A stretch of 64,000 bases of DNA from a virus, in IMG/VR virus record IMGVR_UViG_3300049729_000039. One strand, given 5' to 3'. The translations under genes and the position numbers were made by a program. Below the pieces are notes generated by a model that saw only the letters and a list, made by a program, of their open reading frames with translations, searched no databases and was not told the origin of the DNA. Of the stretch, positions 63,001 to 64,000 are shown in pieces. Positions within the stretch are counted from its first letter, which is position 1; each line of letters starts with the position of its first letter.

Positions 63001-64000
63001 GACAAAGAACGTGTACAGCAAGAAATAGCTGACATCCACAAAACTATTCTCGAAACAGTTGACCCCGAAGCACAAAAATATATCAAAGAACAAGGTGCTG
63101 ATGAATTTAATAAAAACGTAGGCAGTTACGATGTTACCCGTGATATGATCGAAACACTCAAAGACAATGGTGTTAATATCGACAACAAAGGAATGGTAAC
63201 TATCAAAACACCAAAGGGAGAGTTTAAATTTGAAGCAGGAAATGTATTTAATATTGAGAAAGCCATTAAAGAGCAATATCCATCTACTGCAAGTAAAGGC
63301 GGTATTGCTAATCCTCGACAAGTTGCCCCACGTAGTAAGTCTGGAATATATGACGCAGAGGAACTTATCAAAATATACGAACAAAACTTAGCTGAAGCAA
63401 AACGCACAGGGAATAAAGAACTTGCTGATGTTTTCCAAAAAGAAATCGAATATTTAAAGAAAAACAAACCGTATGAAAGCACAACCGAAACTCCAAGAGA
63501 TACACCAACTATTATCGACCAAGCACAGACTGTTGAATCTAAGGGAAAACTTGCTGAAAATCCAGAGCAAGCCACAGAATCAATCGCAGAAGTAGATAAG
63601 TTGTTAGGTGAAATTGACAACAAAGTTAACGAACAATTAAAACCACAAGAAGATGCCGTTAAAACAGGGAAAGTCGAAGAAGGTAATCAGCAGCAACATA
63701 AAGGAAGTGATGCACAGTTACCACAAGAAGGGGACAATAGGAACGTCAACACCAACGTCAAACAAGAAGGCGCAGAAGCAAGCAATAGCGATAGCGTACT
63801 CAAAAGCGAAAAAGAAGTAAGATTATCTAAGTCACTTAGAGAGATTGCATCTAAAGCAAGGGAGGGTAAAATAAAAAAGCCCGGAACGTTTCAAATGGCT
63901 ACGCCTGGATCATTAGCTTGGGATGGTGCTATTGAGGTATTCTCTAAGGCTCTCGAAGCGAGTGCAGATATTATTGATGCTATTGATAAAGGACTTGAAC
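60010..64000 (+). CDS. Giant virion-associated protein, 3'-truncated by the window edge (at least 1330 aa)
   Basis: Absent from the ORF track because it has no stop in the window. My translation from the ATG at 60010 (TAATG overlap) stays open to nt 64000. All listed minus-strand ORFs from 60129 to 63623 are its antisense shadows. The sequence is K/E/A-rich and helical. Confidence 0.75.
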   Translation, partial: MEELPIKTPQDLYPQFAKAGRLRNVLSSLDVDVPDNDKDFYTKLSDDKYRDRLHKLLPTLNVDVPENFDEFSAEYGLKKKSTSQTGSSASKLPLQKFKGFTKEQSEKLKTDVEQRNQPQQVDEKGKTVEELPQELPSGFMDEHNSLSNVTQRLAPGSNSQDFLLPEGTQDHVTTEDEQKELDQNLFKTQSKYFSTNISDEELKILPTDSEWKKKLKIAAQQAKTNSQYNPVERAVYGLGKDVVSNFDILTNDLKGAAKFLEDAAQAHYKATYELKHGVGTAPDVSDIAHPLSKGIPELLSKTKLGDKLVNQWDELKSTFPDVPDNTFGAIEKGLAPVPAMVAEFSTLGGEAKLFGMSTKLATAIVTGSALKTYNEQGDKPMGEKLAAAGESAAEGALTGTAMELSWLLGAKTKSIVKSALISGATGAALNAAETYKATGDVSIPGMIANAAFMMGGARKDYKAEGRELTDILGDRTQKAITNFFTAPQSAVKFAADYEVAPSYLREKAEGLINDAIKDEDIVLHTDENGKQTFRLNLQPENITPEDIHSLGMGTTLNNISDHLAITRHLQDPKVQQEWIDRINSNPDLPPETKQMMLQRIKDTVEANDPTHKAIEPISNDIEKLKKQKYDIDNSKILSEEERIARNKILDTQIKAKQGEIEALLQPKEAAKDANVPTKTEKVGGKKTNAKTNSEVSTKNADEERLLAEKKVATGEQPVATSKPNVLVDENGEFTQHAKKIADDWILNATPEEIAKRADEIKSRFKDAFEKYNGDGSYKKYLSLKRESENSNAENGNRIDAEIEKMENNIPKGEGEISPEEYYDSREWQKIKRTAELTSEESLKKTDPEDLYNMIGYSLTDPRTFDANSYSPEGIIKLREAYKELKSRGVSDKDIIQNSLSEREKRGDNAEHLMQLAQDNINKLKQFGGKEESTTKQLPELVGDKTTPTETKADLTPKVEPEISEPKPEPKTKDQLTKDKAGKARIKKTVAESKALKADKERVQQEIADIHKTILETVDPEAQKYIKEQGADEFNKNVGSYDVTRDMIETLKDNGVNIDNKGMVTIKTPKGEFKFEAGNVFNIEKAIKEQYPSTASKGGIANPRQVAPRSKSGIYDAEELIKIYEQNLAEAKRTGNKELADVFQKEIEYLKKNKPYESTTETPRDTPTIIDQAQTVESKGKLAENPEQATESIAEVDKLLGEIDNKVNEQLKPQEDAVKTGKVEEGNQQQHKGSDAQLPQEGDNRNVNTNVKQEGAEASNSDSVLKSEKEVRLSKSLREIASKAREGKIKKPGTFQMATPGSLAWDGAIEVFSKALEASADIIDAIDKGLE

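Noticed and set aside
60129-63623. Seven minus-strand ORFs (62-197 aa) with S/F/L/A-rich low-complexity products
   Set aside because: All lie antisense to a single + strand frame that is open from 60010 to the window end. Their composition is what the reverse complement of K/E/A-rich codons produces.
1-64000. IS elements, transposases, reverse transcriptase/DGR or retron components, CRISPR-Cas, toxin-antitoxin pairs, rRNA genes
   Set aside because: Reading all listed translations, I saw no DDE transposase, RT (YxDD), Cas or classical TA signatures. The only mobile-type genes are the two HNH endonucleases and the tyrosine recombinase.

Overview
The 64-kb window reads as one contiguous piece of a large tailed dsDNA phage or prophage. 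The host is almost certainly a member of the Bacteroidota. About fifteen gene or operon starts carry the Bacteroidota promoter signature TTG-N20-TAnnTTTG, mostly as TATCTTTG, and genes lack Shine-Dalgarno sequences. Layout: (i) 1-4997 (+): the end of a tail-fibre gene, small membrane proteins and a GH73 endolysin. (ii) 4999-6886 (-): a self-contained 3-gene operon. (iii) 6987-34502 (-): about 27 kb of early, replication and recombination genes. Recognisable ones are ERF annealase, two DnaA-domain-IV-like HTH proteins, HAD hydrolase, a radical-SAM-like protein, a secreted non-specific nuclease, a C5 DNA methyltransferase, primase-helicase, VRR-NUC nuclease and a small tyrosine recombinase, plus many tiny ORFs. 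(iv) 34575-36044 (+): a small island with a NinB-like and an OB-fold protein. (v) 36060-41751 (-): an operon ending in a putative large terminase and containing an HNH-AP2 endonuclease. (vi) 41872-64000 (+): portal, scaffold-like and capsid-like genes, then tail/virion genes, ending in a giant ORF that runs off the window. The most unusual items are listed here. (a) An ORF-free unit of about 0.77 kb (about 50956-51768), framed by a promoter and a terminator. It holds a tRNA-Ala-like cloverleaf, two perfect 12-bp long-range helices, and what looks like a circularly permuted (two-piece) tmRNA-like element. (b) An 846-aa protein whose central 490 aa are 122 consecutive tetrapeptides x-x-Q-V, encoded by a GC-rich, GATC-dense 12-bp tandem array. 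(c) A conserved 20-nt palindrome, TTAGAAtcgTTCTAAATTAC, in front of late-type promoters. (d) A tRNA 3'-end fragment close to the recombinase, which is a candidate attP. Product calls rest on motifs read by eye; no database search was possible. Coordinates of non-CDS features may be off by 1-2 nt.
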